A program made the position numbers and the translations under genes. Positions 49,133 through 61,653 of a stretch of 64,000 bases of DNA are shown here, piece by piece (the stretch's first letter is position 1; each line of letters starts with the position of its first letter). The notes below the pieces were generated by a model. It saw only the letters and a list, made by a program, of their open reading frames with translations, did not search any database and had not been told where the DNA came from. This DNA comes from Desulfatiglandales bacterium. GTDB taxonomy: Bacteria > Desulfobacterota > DSM-4660 > Desulfatiglandales > Desulfatiglandaceae. The stretch spans positions 332,358 through 396,357 of the forward strand of contig CAXXLN010000003.1 in NCBI GenBank assembly GCA_963663335.2. Direction: 5' to 3'.

Positions 49133-49585
49133 ATGAAAATCGTTTTATTGCCGTTGATTTCTATCCTGGTTTTACTCAGTTTAATGGGGGGGGCATCCCG
49201 GGCCGGGCATGATGAGCTGCAAACGGCGGAAACTGTTTCGGTTTCCAACACACCTCTTATTGTGGGCGAAATCACTTTTGCAAAAGAAAAAGACGGCTGT
49301 GAGAGAGTCTGCATCCCTTTTAACCAACCCTGTATGCCGGAGATCTTTTCCATACCGGGTAAAAAGCCAAGAATTGTGTTGGACCTGAAAAAGGTGTCCC
49401 GATGGCCCGGAAAAGCGATTATCCCCACGAACGGTTTACTGATTCAGCAGATTCGGATGCATTTTAGCAAGGATGAAAGGAAATTGAGGATCGTTCTGGA
49501 TCTCGACCCTTCAATGGATTATGGCGTTGCTCCCAATTATTATGAGGCTGGAAATATCTACTGTATCGATGTTTCCCGTAAATGA
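49133..49585 (+). CDS. AMIN-domain periplasmic protein
   Basis: Signal peptide; PRIVLDL repeated as LRIVLDL. Confidence 0.75.
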   Translation: MKIVLLPLISILVLLSLMGGASRAGHDELQTAETVSVSNTPLIVGEITFAKEKDGCERVCIPFNQPCMPEIFSIPGKKPRIVLDLKKVSRWPGKAIIPTNGLLIQQIRMHFSKDERKLRIVLDLDPSMDYGVAPNYYEAGNIYCIDVSRK

Positions 49586-49591
49586 TAAGGG

Positions 49592-50707
49592 TCAATCGGC
49601 GTCTTTGCCCTTTTTCGTGCAAAAAAAATGAAGGTTGAAGGGATCTTCCGGTATCTCTTCCACCGAAACATTTGCAAAACCCGCCTCTTTCAACATTGAA
49701 ACGGCTTTCTCCCGTCCCCACATCATGCCGAGGCCCGTTCCCCCGTTCGCCAGCCCCACGGGCATGCAGTGCATGAGACTGACCGTGTAGAGAAACAGGC
49801 CCATGGGGTGATCCATGTTCTTGCTAAGATCGCTGCTGGCGGCAATATCCACCATGGAAAAGACGCCCCCATCTTTTAAAATGGCGTGAATCCCTTCAAG
49901 GGCTTCCATCGGTTTGGTCTGATCGTGAATGGCATCAAAGGCGGTTACATAGTCAAACAAGCCGCACAATTCCCGTGTTTTCTCCAATGCGGAAGCATCC
50001 TGTTGTTGAAATGTGATGTTTTGGAGTCCCTTTTCTCTTGCCGTGGATGTTGCTTTTCCAATGACGTCGTGTGAAATGTCAATTCCAAGAAAACGGCTTT
50101 TCGGGAAAGCCTCGGCCATCACCACCAAAGCAACGCCTTCTCCGCATCCCACATCACATACGGATATGCCTTCCTTCAATTTTCTCAACACCCCGCCGTG
50201 CTCAACCGACGGCAGAAATGTGTCGACCAGAACCTGACGATGTTTGGCATCGGCCAATTCCGTCATGAACCGATAAAACCCCCGGTACATCTCATAAGGA
50301 ATGCCGTCGCCTGTCTTGAATCCCTTTTCTACCGCTTCGAATACGGTGGCGGTGAGAAGCGGTATTTCCTGGGTATAGACCCCCATGTTTTGATTCCCGG
50401 CCCGACGGGTGATCAGATCGGCATGGGCTTTCGGCAGTTGAAACAGATCCTGTCCCGCTTGATCCTGGATCAGATCGACAATCCCGCCCGTGACCATGAT
50501 ACCCAACCACTCCAGGACATACCGTTCGTTCAACTTTGTATTTTTGGCTATAACGGAAACCGGCTGCGGGGCCTTAAGAGTGTCCATAATGTCGAACAGC
50601 CCCATTCGGTAACCAAGCCCTAAACCTAGGTTCAGAGCGCCGTAATTAAGAATAGCCGTCAGCTTCTCCGAAAAACTTTCTTGATTCTTCTCTGCTTTTT
50701 TGTTCAT
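49592..50707 (-). CDS. SAM-dependent methyltransferase with an N-terminal winged helix (Rv2258c-like)
   Basis: ERYVLEWL, CDVGCGEG, FDAIHD, SLMHCMPV, GLGMMWG. Confidence 0.88.
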   Translation of the reverse strand: MNKKAEKNQESFSEKLTAILNYGALNLGLGLGYRMGLFDIMDTLKAPQPVSVIAKNTKLNERYVLEWLGIMVTGGIVDLIQDQAGQDLFQLPKAHADLITRRAGNQNMGVYTQEIPLLTATVFEAVEKGFKTGDGIPYEMYRGFYRFMTELADAKHRQVLVDTFLPSVEHGGVLRKLKEGISVCDVGCGEGVALVVMAEAFPKSRFLGIDISHDVIGKATSTAREKGLQNITFQQQDASALEKTRELCGLFDYVTAFDAIHDQTKPMEALEGIHAILKDGGVFSMVDIAASSDLSKNMDHPMGLFLYTVSLMHCMPVGLANGGTGLGMMWGREKAVSMLKEAGFANVSVEEIPEDPFNLHFFCTKKGKDAD

Positions 50708-50834
50708 GTTTTCTCCTTATGATTTCCACTATACATTTTTTTGGAAAATGCGTAAATTCCTAAAAAATGGGATTTTAACAACTCATCGGAATTCCATGGG
50801 CACGGTGGATGCGGAACAAGGGGAGAGAACTTGG

Positions 50835-51338
50835 ATGGTCATCTTGATCATGGGGGTTTCGGGGAGCGGTAAGACGACCATCGGCCAATTGGTGGCCCGT
50901 GCCCTTCAGGTCCCTTTCGTAGATGGGGATGATCTGCATCCTCGGGCCAACATCCTGAAAATGAATGAGGGTTTTCCCCTGACCGATGACGACCGGGTTC
51001 CCTGGCTTAACCGGGTGGCTACGGAAATAGTCTGTCTTGCCCAACAGGAGGGTGGCGTGGTGGCCTGCTCCGCGCTTAAGGAAAAATATCGAAAGATTCT
51101 TTTCAGTGATGTGTCTTTTCCGGTTTTACCGGTGTACCTCAAGGGGACCCGGGAGACTCTGTCCCAACGGTTGATGCAACGTACTGAACACTTCATGCCG
51201 CCGGCATTGCTGGACAGCCAATTAAAGATCCTGGAAGAACCCGATGCCGCGTTGACCCTCTCCATTGAACTTTCACCCGAAATACTTTGCGATAGAATTG
51301 TTCATCAGGCGTTACTTTTGGCCCACACCACCTCATAG
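50835..51338 (+). CDS. gntK: Gluconokinase (GntK/IdnK type)
   Basis: MGVSGSGKTT, DGDDLHP..N..KM, PLTDDDRVPWL, ACSALK, HFMPPALLDSQ. Confidence 0.88.
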   Translation: MVILIMGVSGSGKTTIGQLVARALQVPFVDGDDLHPRANILKMNEGFPLTDDDRVPWLNRVATEIVCLAQQEGGVVACSALKEKYRKILFSDVSFPVLPVYLKGTRETLSQRLMQRTEHFMPPALLDSQLKILEEPDAALTLSIELSPEILCDRIVHQALLLAHTTS

Positions 51339-53179
51339 GCGGAGAGTTTCAAGGTCAGGACGTTCCCTTGGGCACCAAAGGATTGTCCGGAGAGGAAGTC
51401 CAGCCAGGATTTGGAATTTAATTCGAGGGTGGACAGATCAACGGTGGCCCGTTGCTCCTGAGAGGTGACGTTGGTGATGCAGAGGATCCTTTCCGTCTGA
51501 TCCACACTGGTGCGCAGAACGGCAAAAACCGCGTCGGAGATGCTTAAAATGAGTTGGGCGGCGTTGGGATGGAATGCTTTTTCCCGGGTACGCTTCAGGA
51601 TCATGTCGCCGAACCCGTAGGCGATCTTGTGGGTAGCGGTATTGGGGTCGTCCAGGGTTTGATAAAGAGTGTCCCGGTCAAAGCTTCTTCGGCTGATGCT
51701 CCGGGTCTGCCCTTCATCCAGGACCGCCTCCGCATCATTCTCGGAGCCGAAAAGGCCGTGCAGATAAATTCCAGGGACCCCCATCAAGGCAAGGGCGATG
51801 GACCTTGATGCGAGGAACCGTTTGATCTTGAAGTCCAGGGTTTCATCGCAGTCTTCCCGGTTCAGGGCACTGTACCAGGTGGTGTTGAGTTCATAGGGAC
51901 TGGCAGTACCGTCCCCGTTATTTTTGAAAGAGATGAAGCCGCCGTGCTCCACCACTCTCAACGCCATCATTTCGATTTCTTCATCGGTTAAAATGTTTTT
52001 GGCGCCCAGAACACCGATGCCGTCATGGGAATCGAGAATATTGAAATAGGTGGCCGAATCGGATACCCGTTCGAGTCCCATTGCCCATTTCGTCAAAGCG
52101 GCTGACGATCCGGTTTGAAAGGTGTGCAGCACCAGGGGAGGGAGGGCGAAGTTGTACACCATCTGCGCTTCGTCATGGCCGTTGCCGAAATACTGAATGT
52201 TGTCTTCGTGGGGAACATTGGTTTCGGAGATAAGGGCCACATGGGGCGCCACCGTGTCCAGAATATCCCGAAACAGTTTGATGACCGTGTGTGTCTGTGC
52301 AAGATGGGCGCAACTGGTCCCCAGCTCATGCCAGAGGTAGGTGATGGCGTCCAGGCGGATGAGATCCGCGCCGCGTCGCACGTAGAGCAGCAGGATCTGG
52401 GCCATCTTGAGCAACACTTGAGGATTCTTGAAATTAAGATCAATCTGGTCCCTGCTGAAGGTGGTCCATACGGAGCGCTTTCCGTCAAGGGTGCTGAAAG
52501 TGGAAAGGAGTTCGGATGTGCGCGGCCTGAGAATCAGGCTCAGATATTCCTCGGGGATGGCGTTCTTGGTGGAAAAGACAATGAAGAATTCCTGAAACCC
52601 GGGGTTGCCGTCCAGGAATTCCTGGAACCACCGGCTTTTGGAGGAGATGTGGTTAAAGACCCCGTCAAACATCAATTTGACCGAAGATTTCAGTTCCAGA
52701 ATGTCTTCCCAGGTTCCCAATCTGGGATCCACTTCTTCAAAATCGGTGACTGAGAATCCCCGATCCGATGAATAGGGGAAAAACGGAAGGATATGCAGGG
52801 TGTTGATCGCCTCTTTTAAATATTTCGTGAAATCCGCTAGGATCTGAAGGGGTTTTTCATCGTCGGCCTGAATCAGATCGCCATAGGTGATGAGGATTAC
52901 ATCCTTTTCCGTGAAGCGCTCATATGGATTAAAGGATTTTTCCATTTGAATCATGCGGGGAGTCTTGTAGGCGTAGTAGACCCTCATGATTCTCTCCAAC
53001 TCTCCATAGCAGGCGTTGGCGGTTTGCTCTCCGTATAGAAAGGCCAGTTTGTTCAGTATCTTCTGCTTGGATTCAGGTGGGATTTGAAAGATTTCACGGT
53101 CGTAATCGGGTTCCATGAAGTGAAACTCGGAATGGTTGTTTTTCTTCTCTTCCGGGGAAATCGGTGTATTGTCGGTCAT
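51305..53179 (-). CDS. GH13_18 sucrose-phosphorylase-family enzyme, possibly glucosylglycerate phosphorylase
   Basis: LITYGD, HILPFFPYSSDRGF, WTTFSRDQIDLNF, RLDAI, SETN, SHDGIG, PYELN. Confidence 0.85.
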   Translation of the reverse strand: MTDNTPISPEEKKNNHSEFHFMEPDYDREIFQIPPESKQKILNKLAFLYGEQTANACYGELERIMRVYYAYKTPRMIQMEKSFNPYERFTEKDVILITYGDLIQADDEKPLQILADFTKYLKEAINTLHILPFFPYSSDRGFSVTDFEEVDPRLGTWEDILELKSSVKLMFDGVFNHISSKSRWFQEFLDGNPGFQEFFIVFSTKNAIPEEYLSLILRPRTSELLSTFSTLDGKRSVWTTFSRDQIDLNFKNPQVLLKMAQILLLYVRRGADLIRLDAITYLWHELGTSCAHLAQTHTVIKLFRDILDTVAPHVALISETNVPHEDNIQYFGNGHDEAQMVYNFALPPLVLHTFQTGSSAALTKWAMGLERVSDSATYFNILDSHDGIGVLGAKNILTDEEIEMMALRVVEHGGFISFKNNGDGTASPYELNTTWYSALNREDCDETLDFKIKRFLASRSIALALMGVPGIYLHGLFGSENDAEAVLDEGQTRSISRRSFDRDTLYQTLDDPNTATHKIAYGFGDMILKRTREKAFHPNAAQLILSISDAVFAVLRTSVDQTERILCITNVTSQEQRATVDLSTLELNSKSWLDFLSGQSFGAQGNVLTLKLSAYEVVWAKSNA

Positions 53180-53200
53180 GTCATAAGGGACCCCTGGGCA

Positions 53201-53545
53201 TTATGGTTCAAAGCTCTGAACGGCGGAATCGACGTGGTCGAAACATTTGAACACCTTATCCAGGTGGGTGATTTGAAGAAGGTTGAAAATCTGTGGTGAT
53301 GGGGCTGCCAGGCGAACATCCCCGCCATTGGCGCGGGTGGCGGCGATGCGGGACACCAGTGCGCCCAGACCGCTGGAATCCATGAATTCCGTTTTTCCCA
53401 TGTCGATAACCAGACGCGTTTTTCCCTGGTCCACCAGCCCATTGATCAGTTTTCGGAAGTCGTCCGAAAGGTTGGCGACCAGTCGGTCGGGGCCTTCTAT
53501 GACAACGACCTTTGCATCGGGTGTTTCGGACGTGATAAACGCCAT
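53201..53545 (-). CDS. STAS-domain anti-anti-sigma factor
   Basis: VIDMGKTEFMDSSGLGALV. Confidence 0.88.
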   Translation of the reverse strand: MAFITSETPDAKVVVIEGPDRLVANLSDDFRKLINGLVDQGKTRLVIDMGKTEFMDSSGLGALVSRIAATRANGGDVRLAAPSPQIFNLLQITHLDKVFKCFDHVDSAVQSFEP

Positions 53546-53590
53546 GGGGAGAACCTCACGCAACAAACGGGCATGAACCGGGGCTTAACA

Positions 53591-54109
53591 TCATGTGCTT
53601 TCGGATAAGGATTCGGGAGCGCAGTCCGAGGTGTCGCCGCCCAGTTTTGCGAGGCTGTGATTGAGTGCCGGCAGAACCACCGCAAGATTTTCACCGGCCC
53701 CTTTGGGGCTCCCCGGAAGGTTGATGATGAGAGAGGCCTTTCGAACACCGGCCATGGCCCTGGAAATCATGGCGTGGGGGGTCTTTTTGAGGCTTTCGGC
53801 CCGCATGGCTTCCGCCATGCCGGGCACCTGGTAATCGATCACCGTTTCCATGGCCTGGGGCGTCAGATCGTTGGGGCTCAATCCTGTGCCCCCGGATGTA
53901 ACGATGAGGGGCAGGCGCTCTTCATCCACCCAGGCGATGAGGGTATCCGCAATTTCCTGAAGCCCATCGGGAACCATGTGCCGTCGAACCACCGCAATCC
54001 CCTGGCCTTCCAGCATGCGCTGGACCGTATCCCCGCTCTTATCTTCCCTGAGACCCGCCGCCCCTTTGGTGCTGATGGTGAGAACGCCTGCCCTGATTTT
54101 CTGTTCCAT
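53591..54109 (-). CDS. mog: Molybdopterin adenylyltransferase MogA/MoaB
   Basis: REDKSG, TSGGTGLSPNDLTP, SLIINLPGSPKG. Confidence 0.9.
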   Translation of the reverse strand: MEQKIRAGVLTISTKGAAGLREDKSGDTVQRMLEGQGIAVVRRHMVPDGLQEIADTLIAWVDEERLPLIVTSGGTGLSPNDLTPQAMETVIDYQVPGMAEAMRAESLKKTPHAMISRAMAGVRKASLIINLPGSPKGAGENLAVVLPALNHSLAKLGGDTSDCAPESLSEST

Positions 54110-54120
54110 TCTGTGACCGG

Positions 54121-56199
54121 TTACTCTTCCACCTGGGCCGCGGCGATGACTTTTTCCGCCAGTTGGGCCGGCAGTTCTTCGTAATGAGAATGCTCCAGCA
54201 AAAATGTACCGCGGCCGCCCGTGATGGAATTAAGGTCCAAAGCGTACCTCAGGACTTCGGCCATGGGGACTTGCGCTTTGATAACCTGGTATTTTCCTTC
54301 GGAATCCATGCCCATCACCCTGCCGCGACGACCGTTGAGATCGCCCATGACATCGCCCATGACTTCTTCTGGAACGGTAATTTCCATCTTCATGATGGGC
54401 TCAAGCAGAATGGGATTTGCCTCCTGCATGGCTTTTTTAAGGCACATCCTGGCCGCAATTTTAAACGCCATTTCCGAGGAGTCCACATCATGTGCTTTGC
54501 CGTCGTAAAAACGCACCTTCAGGTCCACCACCGGGTAACCGGCAACGGCGCCGCTGTCGAGGGATTCCACAAGACCTTTTTCCACGGCGGGCACAAAATT
54601 TCGAGGAACGTTCATGCCGGTGAGATCCTCCATGAACTCAAAGCCGGAGTCCAGTTTCAGCGGGGTCACGTCGAAATGGACTTCCGCAAACTGACCCCTG
54701 CCTCCCGATTGCTTTTTGTGACGGTAGACAACCCCTTTGACGGACTTTTTGATGGTTTCCCTGTAAGGCACCTTCACCGGGTTCAGGTTCACTTCCACCC
54801 CGAATTTTCGATTCAATTTTTCGCAAGCAATTTCCAAGTGGATCTGGCCTGTTCCGGAAAGGATGACTTCACCGGTCGATTGATCCCGAGCCAGTTTGAG
54901 GGTTGGGTCTTCTTCGAGAAGTTTGGCAAATGAGCTGAAGACCTTGTCCTCACTTCCCTTGACCTTGGCTTCCACCGCATAGGAGATAACCGACGGCAAT
55001 CCGGCGATGGGTTTGTAGAGGATCGGGTCACCCGCCGAACAGAGGGTATCTCCCGTGACGGTTTCCTTGAGCTTGGCAATGGCGACAATATCGCCGGGCC
55101 CGGCTGTTTCAATGGGTTGCTGTTTCTTCCCTTCAAGGATCAGGAGTTGGCCGATTTTTTCCTTAATATCTTTGCTGGCGTTATACACGGTGGAATCCGA
55201 AGAGAGGGTGCCGGAGAACACCCTGGCCAGGGTCAGTTTGCCGGCAAAGGGATCGGCAACGGTTTTGAAAACAAGGGCGGAAAAAGGTGCATCAACGGCG
55301 GAGGCTCTTTCCGTCTCTTCGTCCGTACCGGGCAGGGTCCCTTTTTTGGGCTTTCTTTCAAGTGGTGAAGGGAACCCGTCCACCACCAAGTCCATCAGTT
55401 GAGCGACGCCCATATTCAATACCGCGGAACCGCACAGGACAGGCGTGACCAGTCCGGATTTAATGCCCTTCATCAGGGTCGTTTCAATTTCCTTATCGGA
55501 GAGTTCTTCCCCTTCGAGGTATTTCTCCATGAGGTCATCGTCAACTTCCACCACGTTTTCGATCATCATTTCACGCCACTCATCGGCGGCGTCTTTCAAG
55601 TCGTCGGGAATGGCGGTGGCTTCAAAGCTGCCGCTGCCGTCTTTTTTGTAGACATACGCCTTTTGTTTGATAAGGTCCACAACGCCCTCAAAACGGTCTT
55701 CCGCGCCAATGGGAATGCTGACGGGGGTGGCCTTTATCTCAAATGTCTCACTGACGGCATCGATTATCTTGAAAAAATCCGCTCGTTCACGGTCCATTCG
55801 GTTGATAAAAACCATTCTGGGGAGTTCCTGCTCCTCAGCAAAGGCCCAGACTTTCTCCGTGCCCACTTTAATGCCCGCGGTAGCGTCAATGATGACCACC
55901 GTACCGTCGGTAGCCTGCAGAGAAAATTTAGCATCGGAAAGGAAATTATCATCCCCCGGGGTATCGATGATATTGATGGTGTGTTTTTTCCATGAACAAT
56001 GGTGAAATGCGGTGGTCAGGGTCGATTTTCGCTTGATTTCTTCCGGCTCAACATCAAAGTTAGAGGTGCCGTCATCCACTTTGCAAAGCCGGGTTGTGGC
56101 TTTTCCGTTAAACAGCATCGCTTCCGCCAGAGACGTTTTCCCGGAGCCCCCATGCGCTATAAGCGCAACATTTCTCAATTGCTCAGCCTTTTTTTCCAT
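54121..56199 (-). CDS. fusA: Elongation factor G-like protein (EF-G2)
   Basis: AHGGSGKTS, DTPG, NRMD, KKQSGGRGQF, HDVDSSEMAF; lacks the canonical AHIDAGKTT/RGITI and lies outside the str operon. Confidence 0.9.
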   Translation of the reverse strand: MEKKAEQLRNVALIAHGGSGKTSLAEAMLFNGKATTRLCKVDDGTSNFDVEPEEIKRKSTLTTAFHHCSWKKHTINIIDTPGDDNFLSDAKFSLQATDGTVVIIDATAGIKVGTEKVWAFAEEQELPRMVFINRMDRERADFFKIIDAVSETFEIKATPVSIPIGAEDRFEGVVDLIKQKAYVYKKDGSGSFEATAIPDDLKDAADEWREMMIENVVEVDDDLMEKYLEGEELSDKEIETTLMKGIKSGLVTPVLCGSAVLNMGVAQLMDLVVDGFPSPLERKPKKGTLPGTDEETERASAVDAPFSALVFKTVADPFAGKLTLARVFSGTLSSDSTVYNASKDIKEKIGQLLILEGKKQQPIETAGPGDIVAIAKLKETVTGDTLCSAGDPILYKPIAGLPSVISYAVEAKVKGSEDKVFSSFAKLLEEDPTLKLARDQSTGEVILSGTGQIHLEIACEKLNRKFGVEVNLNPVKVPYRETIKKSVKGVVYRHKKQSGGRGQFAEVHFDVTPLKLDSGFEFMEDLTGMNVPRNFVPAVEKGLVESLDSGAVAGYPVVDLKVRFYDGKAHDVDSSEMAFKIAARMCLKKAMQEANPILLEPIMKMEITVPEEVMGDVMGDLNGRRGRVMGMDSEGKYQVIKAQVPMAEVLRYALDLNSITGGRGTFLLEHSHYEELPAQLAEKVIAAAQVEE

Positions 56200-56476
56200 T
56201 TAGAACCCTTTCCTGATCAATTTTATTGCATGTATGGTTTGAGTTAATTACGATTGCAAATAAGCCTTTGCTCGATCTTCACCACTTTCCACCTTATTTT
56301 TACAGCGTTGTTGATAGATGCGCGATTGGGTGACGCTAATGATCCCAAAAATATGGGCAAACCGCCAAAATAAGAAAATTACATCAACCGGTAAAATAAA
56401 GTCAAGCCAAGAATTTCCAGCCCAATTTTTTAATTGCCAATCCAGGAAAATGTGTTATGCTTTAAGATTGTGAAAT

Positions 56477-57472
56477 TTGGATTCCAGTAGTTTTTTCAGC
56501 GAATTCTTTTGGGAGAAGCCTCTTTTGCTGCTTGAGGAAGCAATAGCGCTCTTTGTAAAGTACCTTCACAATGAAAAAGGGTACTCGAAACATACCCAGC
56601 GGAATTATCAGGTTGATCTGGAACAATTTGCGTCTTTTTTGGTGAGTCAAGATGCCGGAGCCCTGAAGGGAACCGGCTGTGATGTTGTAATTGAGAAGAT
56701 TGAAAGCACCGCCATCAGAAAATACGTAGGGAGCCTTTACGGAAAACGCAAGCGCACCACCATCGCCCGCAAACTTTCAGCCGTGCGATCTTTTTTTCTT
56801 TTTCTGGAAAAAGAGAATGTTATCAAGATCAATCCCGCGGTGGAGGTGCAAAGCCCCAAGCTGGAAAAATACATTCCCAGTCATCTTCCCGTTGATGATG
56901 TTTTCAGGCTGATGGACTTGCCGGACCGTGAAAACGTCTTAGGTTTGCGGGACCTTGCCATTTTGGAAGTTCTTTATTCCTGTGGCATCAGGGTTGCTGA
57001 ACTGGCGGGAATGAATGTTTCCAGTATTGATAATGATCAACGGCTTGTGAAAGTAACGGGAAAAGGGGACAGGGAACGTATTGTGCCCATCGGCAGACAG
57101 GCTTTGAAGGCTGTGAAAGCTTACCTTGACGCAGCAGGTGATGTTCGAAAACGAATGGCGTTGGAAGGTCGGGGCGACCCGCTCTTTATGAATTTTCGGG
57201 GCGGGCGTTTGACCACCCGGAGTATTGGCAGAATCGTCAAACGATATGCCGGTGCGGGGGGAATGGCGGAAGATATAAGTCCCCACAGCATGAGACATAC
57301 CTTTGCCACCCATTTGCTGGACGGCGGTGCGGATCTTCGTTCCGTCCAGGAGCTTCTGGGGCACAAGAGCCTTGCGACGACGCAGAAATATACCCATGTG
57401 AGCCTTAAAAGGCTTATGGATGTCTACGACAAGACCCATCCCCGTAGCGTAAACCGGATTGAACCGGTGTGA
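56477..57472 (+). CDS. xerC: Tyrosine recombinase XerC (start uncertain)
   Basis: RDLAILEVLYSCGIR, GKGDRERIVP, HSMRHTFATHLLDGGADLRSVQELLGH, TQKYTH; upstream of hslVU. Confidence 0.9.
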   Translation: MDSSSFFSEFFWEKPLLLLEEAIALFVKYLHNEKGYSKHTQRNYQVDLEQFASFLVSQDAGALKGTGCDVVIEKIESTAIRKYVGSLYGKRKRTTIARKLSAVRSFFLFLEKENVIKINPAVEVQSPKLEKYIPSHLPVDDVFRLMDLPDRENVLGLRDLAILEVLYSCGIRVAELAGMNVSSIDNDQRLVKVTGKGDRERIVPIGRQALKAVKAYLDAAGDVRKRMALEGRGDPLFMNFRGGRLTTRSIGRIVKRYAGAGGMAEDISPHSMRHTFATHLLDGGADLRSVQELLGHKSLATTQKYTHVSLKRLMDVYDKTHPRSVNRIEPV

Positions 57473-57500
57473 CCGTGAGCGGAATCAAAGAGGATAGATT

Positions 57501-58064
57501 ATGAGTGAAGATGGCTGGGGCAAAATAAGGGCAACCACCGTTTTGGCGGTTCGAAAAAACGGCAGATGTGTCATGGGAGGTGACGGCCAGGTGACCCTAG
57601 GGGATACCATTATGAAACATAAGGCCTCAAAAGTTCGTCGCATGTACCGGGATACTGTGCTGGCCGGTTTTGCCGGGGCTGCGGCGGATGCGTTCAACCT
57701 CTTTGAGCGGTTGGAGGGAAAGCTGGAGAGTTACGGCGGAAACCTTGTCAGGTCCGCGGTGGAGCTGGCAAAGGACTGGAGAACCGACAAGATTCTTCGC
57801 CAACTGGAGGCCATGCTTCTGGCGGCGGATGAAGAACATATGTTGATCATTTCGGGAACCGGGGATGTTATTGAACCGGATATGAGCGTGGCGGCCATCG
57901 GTTCAGGGGGCCCCTATGCCCTGGCGGCTGCAAAAGCGCTGACGATGCATTCGGATCTTGAGGCGGATGTCATTGTGGAAGAATCCCTGAGAATTGCTTC
58001 AACAATATGTCTCTACACAAACGATCATATTACGGTTCTTGAATTAAATGACGAAGCGGTTTGA
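57501..58064 (+). CDS. hslV: ATP-dependent protease subunit HslV
   Basis: [39 protein letters not shown]. Confidence 0.96.
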   Translation: MSEDGWGKIRATTVLAVRKNGRCVMGGDGQVTLGDTIMKHKASKVRRMYRDTVLAGFAGAAADAFNLFERLEGKLESYGGNLVRSAVELAKDWRTDKILRQLEAMLLAADEEHMLIISGTGDVIEPDMSVAAIGSGGPYALAAAKALTMHSDLEADVIVEESLRIASTICLYTNDHITVLELNDEAV

Positions 58065-58106
58065 TGAAATTTACAGCCAACATAAATACAGCAGAAGGGT
58101 TTTTGG

Positions 58107-60412
<2,306 letters not shown>

Positions 60413-60435
60413 CAGGGATTAGAAAGGATGATATC

Positions 60436-61653
60436 ATGAAAGAAGCTCCTGAGGCCTCGACCACCAGGATCCGGGCGGATCGATACATGTTTCAGACCTA
60501 TGGTCGGTTTCCCATAACACTGGTGAGAGGGGAAGGGTGTCGTGTTTGGGATGATGAGGGGAACCAATATCTGGATTTCGTGGCAGGAATAGCCGTCTGC
60601 TCCCTGGGACACAGCTCGCCCGTGGTGACCCGGGCCCTTGCGGAACAGGCCGAAAAACTGGTCCATGTGTCCAACCTCTACTACACGGAACCGCAGACGG
60701 ACCTGGCCCAGTTGCTGGTTGAAAACTCTTTTGCGGATCGGGTCTTTTTCTGCAACAGCGGGGCCGAGGCCAACGAAGCCGCCATCAAGTTGGCGCGGCG
60801 GTATTCCATGGAAAAATTCGGCCCCAACAGGCATGTGATCATCTCAATGCGCAATTCCTTTCACGGACGCACCATGGCCACCCTTTCCGCTACAGGCCAG
60901 GAAAAGATTCAGGTGGGGTACGACCCGTTGCTGCAGGGGTTTCGTTTTGTGCCCTTTAATGATATGGAAGCCCTTGAGGCATCAATGGGTGAAGATGTTT
61001 GTGCGGTCATGATGGAGCCCATACAGGGGGAAGGCGGGGTCGTCTGTCCGGATCCCGGCTATTTGAAACAGGTTCGCGCCCTTTGCAGCGACAAGGGGGT
61101 TGCCCTGATTTTTGATGAGGTGCAGGTGGGAATGGGCCGCACCGGAAAACTGTTCGCCCATGAACATTATGGGGTTACGCCGGATATTATGAGTCTTGCC
61201 AAGGCTCTGGGGAACGGGCTACCCATCGGGGCCATGCTTTCCACCGATGAACTGGCTCAGGCCTTCGGGCCGGGAAGTCATGCCACCACCTTCGGGGGGA
61301 CCCCGCTGGCAACATCGGTTTCAAAGGCGGTGCTGAACAGCCTTCTGGATGACGGATGGGTGGCCAATGCGAAAGAAATGGGGGATTACTTTAAGACAGG
61401 GTTGAACAGCCTTGCGAAAAAGTATAATTGTATTAAGGATGTAAGAGGGTTAGGCCTTATAATCGGCGTAGAACTTGATGTTCCGGGAGCCCCCGTTGTG
61501 GAGGCATGCCGACAGAAAGGGATCCTCATCATTTGTGCTCAGGAACGGGTTCTTCGGTTTGTGCCCCCGCTGATAGTGGGAAAGGAAGAGATTGATCTTC
61601 TGTTGGAAGCACTCGATACCATATTCAACGACATGGAGACGAAACGTGGCTGA
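60436..61653 (+). CDS. argD: Acetylornithine aminotransferase
   Basis: [36 protein letters not shown]. Confidence 0.94.
   Translation: MKEAPEASTTRIRADRYMFQTYGRFPITLVRGEGCRVWDDEGNQYLDFVAGIAVCSLGHSSPVVTRALAEQAEKLVHVSNLYYTEPQTDLAQLLVENSFADRVFFCNSGAEANEAAIKLARRYSMEKFGPNRHVIISMRNSFHGRTMATLSATGQEKIQVGYDPLLQGFRFVPFNDMEALEASMGEDVCAVMMEPIQGEGGVVCPDPGYLKQVRALCSDKGVALIFDEVQVGMGRTGKLFAHEHYGVTPDIMSLAKALGNGLPIGAMLSTDELAQAFGPGSHATTFGGTPLATSVSKAVLNSLLDDGWVANAKEMGDYFKTGLNSLAKKYNCIKDVRGLGLIIGVELDVPGAPVVEACRQKGILIICAQERVLRFVPPLIVGKEEIDLLLEALDTIFNDMETKRG

Noticed and set aside
56325-56400. c-di-GMP-I riboswitch (GGGCAAAC seen)
   Set aside because: The GAAA-capped P2 stem and the downstream GCAAAG element are not present in the right order.
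56477-57472. Mobile-element integrase
   Set aside because: The sequence and the xerC-hslV-hslU-argB context indicate housekeeping XerC.
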